Source of the DNA: Nemertoderma westbladi
Taxonomy: Eukaryota > Animalia > Xenacoelomorpha
Direction of reading: 5' to 3'
Assembly: GCA_032718475.1 (NCBI GenBank)
Contig: JAUCBJ010008040.1
Location: 1 to 59,487 of the forward strand
Length of the DNA: 59,487 nt
Positions 58,946-59,487 of the stretch are shown here, in pieces. The translations under genes were made by a program, and so were the position numbers. Position 1 is the first letter of the stretch; every line of letters begins with the position of its first letter. The notes beneath the pieces are model-generated. The model was not told where the DNA came from, did not search any database, and worked only from the letters and a program-made list of their open reading frames with translations.

Positions 58946-59487
58946 AGGGAGCGGTGTAAGGACGCCACCTAGCGTGTATTGATGGTATTTTACCTATATA
59001 TAAAGATGGTGCTACCGGTATGGAATTACATTTCATATAACTTGTTAGTGTGGCAGGTTTTTGTTAAAAACATATTTTAGTATTTCAGTCGGTTTTATTA
59101 TAACACTGTCAGACTGTAATATTCAGACTCATCAACATACAGATGAAATCAGATATGTTGAGTTCGTCGTGAGGTGGTTGTGCCAGGGTGAAAGGGTTGT
59201 GGGTGTGGAGGGCTGAACGGGCATAGACGCTGACTGTCTGCATAGGCCAGTGACCAAATACCTGGGCCTATGTATCAGTTATGGACCGCATTATTAGGGA
59301 CCTTCCCCGGGGGGCTTGATTGTCCAATCTTTTGGGATTGTTTCACAGTTATTCCAAGAAACCGAAGGTTTAAGCGTATTTACGCGTCAAAGATTCTGCC
59401 ACAGCTCAAATTGCTTAGGAAGTTTATCGCTATTGATAAACCGTGATAGCGATAATACTTATTCCTGCATTCACGGTTTAACACCGC
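58946..59487 (+). repeat. Putative polypurine tract (58946-58954) and start of BEL 3' LTR (58955 onward, runs off window)
   Basis: AGGGAGCGG immediately followed by TGTAAG; no matching 5' LTR found in the window to confirm. Confidence 0.6.

Overview
AT-rich eukaryotic (probably invertebrate animal) genomic window made almost entirely of nested mobile elements; no host gene, rRNA, tRNA or CRISPR array is recognisable. (1) A full-length Polinton/Maverick (adintovirus-like endogenous virus) spans 4395-26902, with AGTAGT...ACTACT termini, long imperfect TIRs and a 6-bp ATTGGG target-site duplication. It encodes pPolB with an HNH/EndoVII insertion, an integrase with chromodomain, an A32-like ATPase, an adenain-like protease, a major capsid protein, two tandem minor capsid proteins, core-like proteins and, unusually, a divergent TATA-binding-protein-like gene. 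(2) Its capsid gene is split by a young non-autonomous LTR element (7300-11968, 1191-bp LTRs, AATAG TSD) that itself contains a 5'-truncated LINE. (3) A degenerate, divergent Helitron-like Rep-PIF1 helicase gene has a C-terminal SLX1-like GIY-YIG nuclease (about 31037-36416). (4) A near-intact BEL/Pao retrotransposon (gag-pol 49767-57573) has a PPT/LTR junction matching that of the non-autonomous element. (5) Also present: a CACTA/EnSpm transposase relic, a 1.48-kb tandem duplication with zinc knuckles, a foldback-like inverted repeat structure and several minisatellites. All protein calls come from motif recognition by eye; no database search was run.
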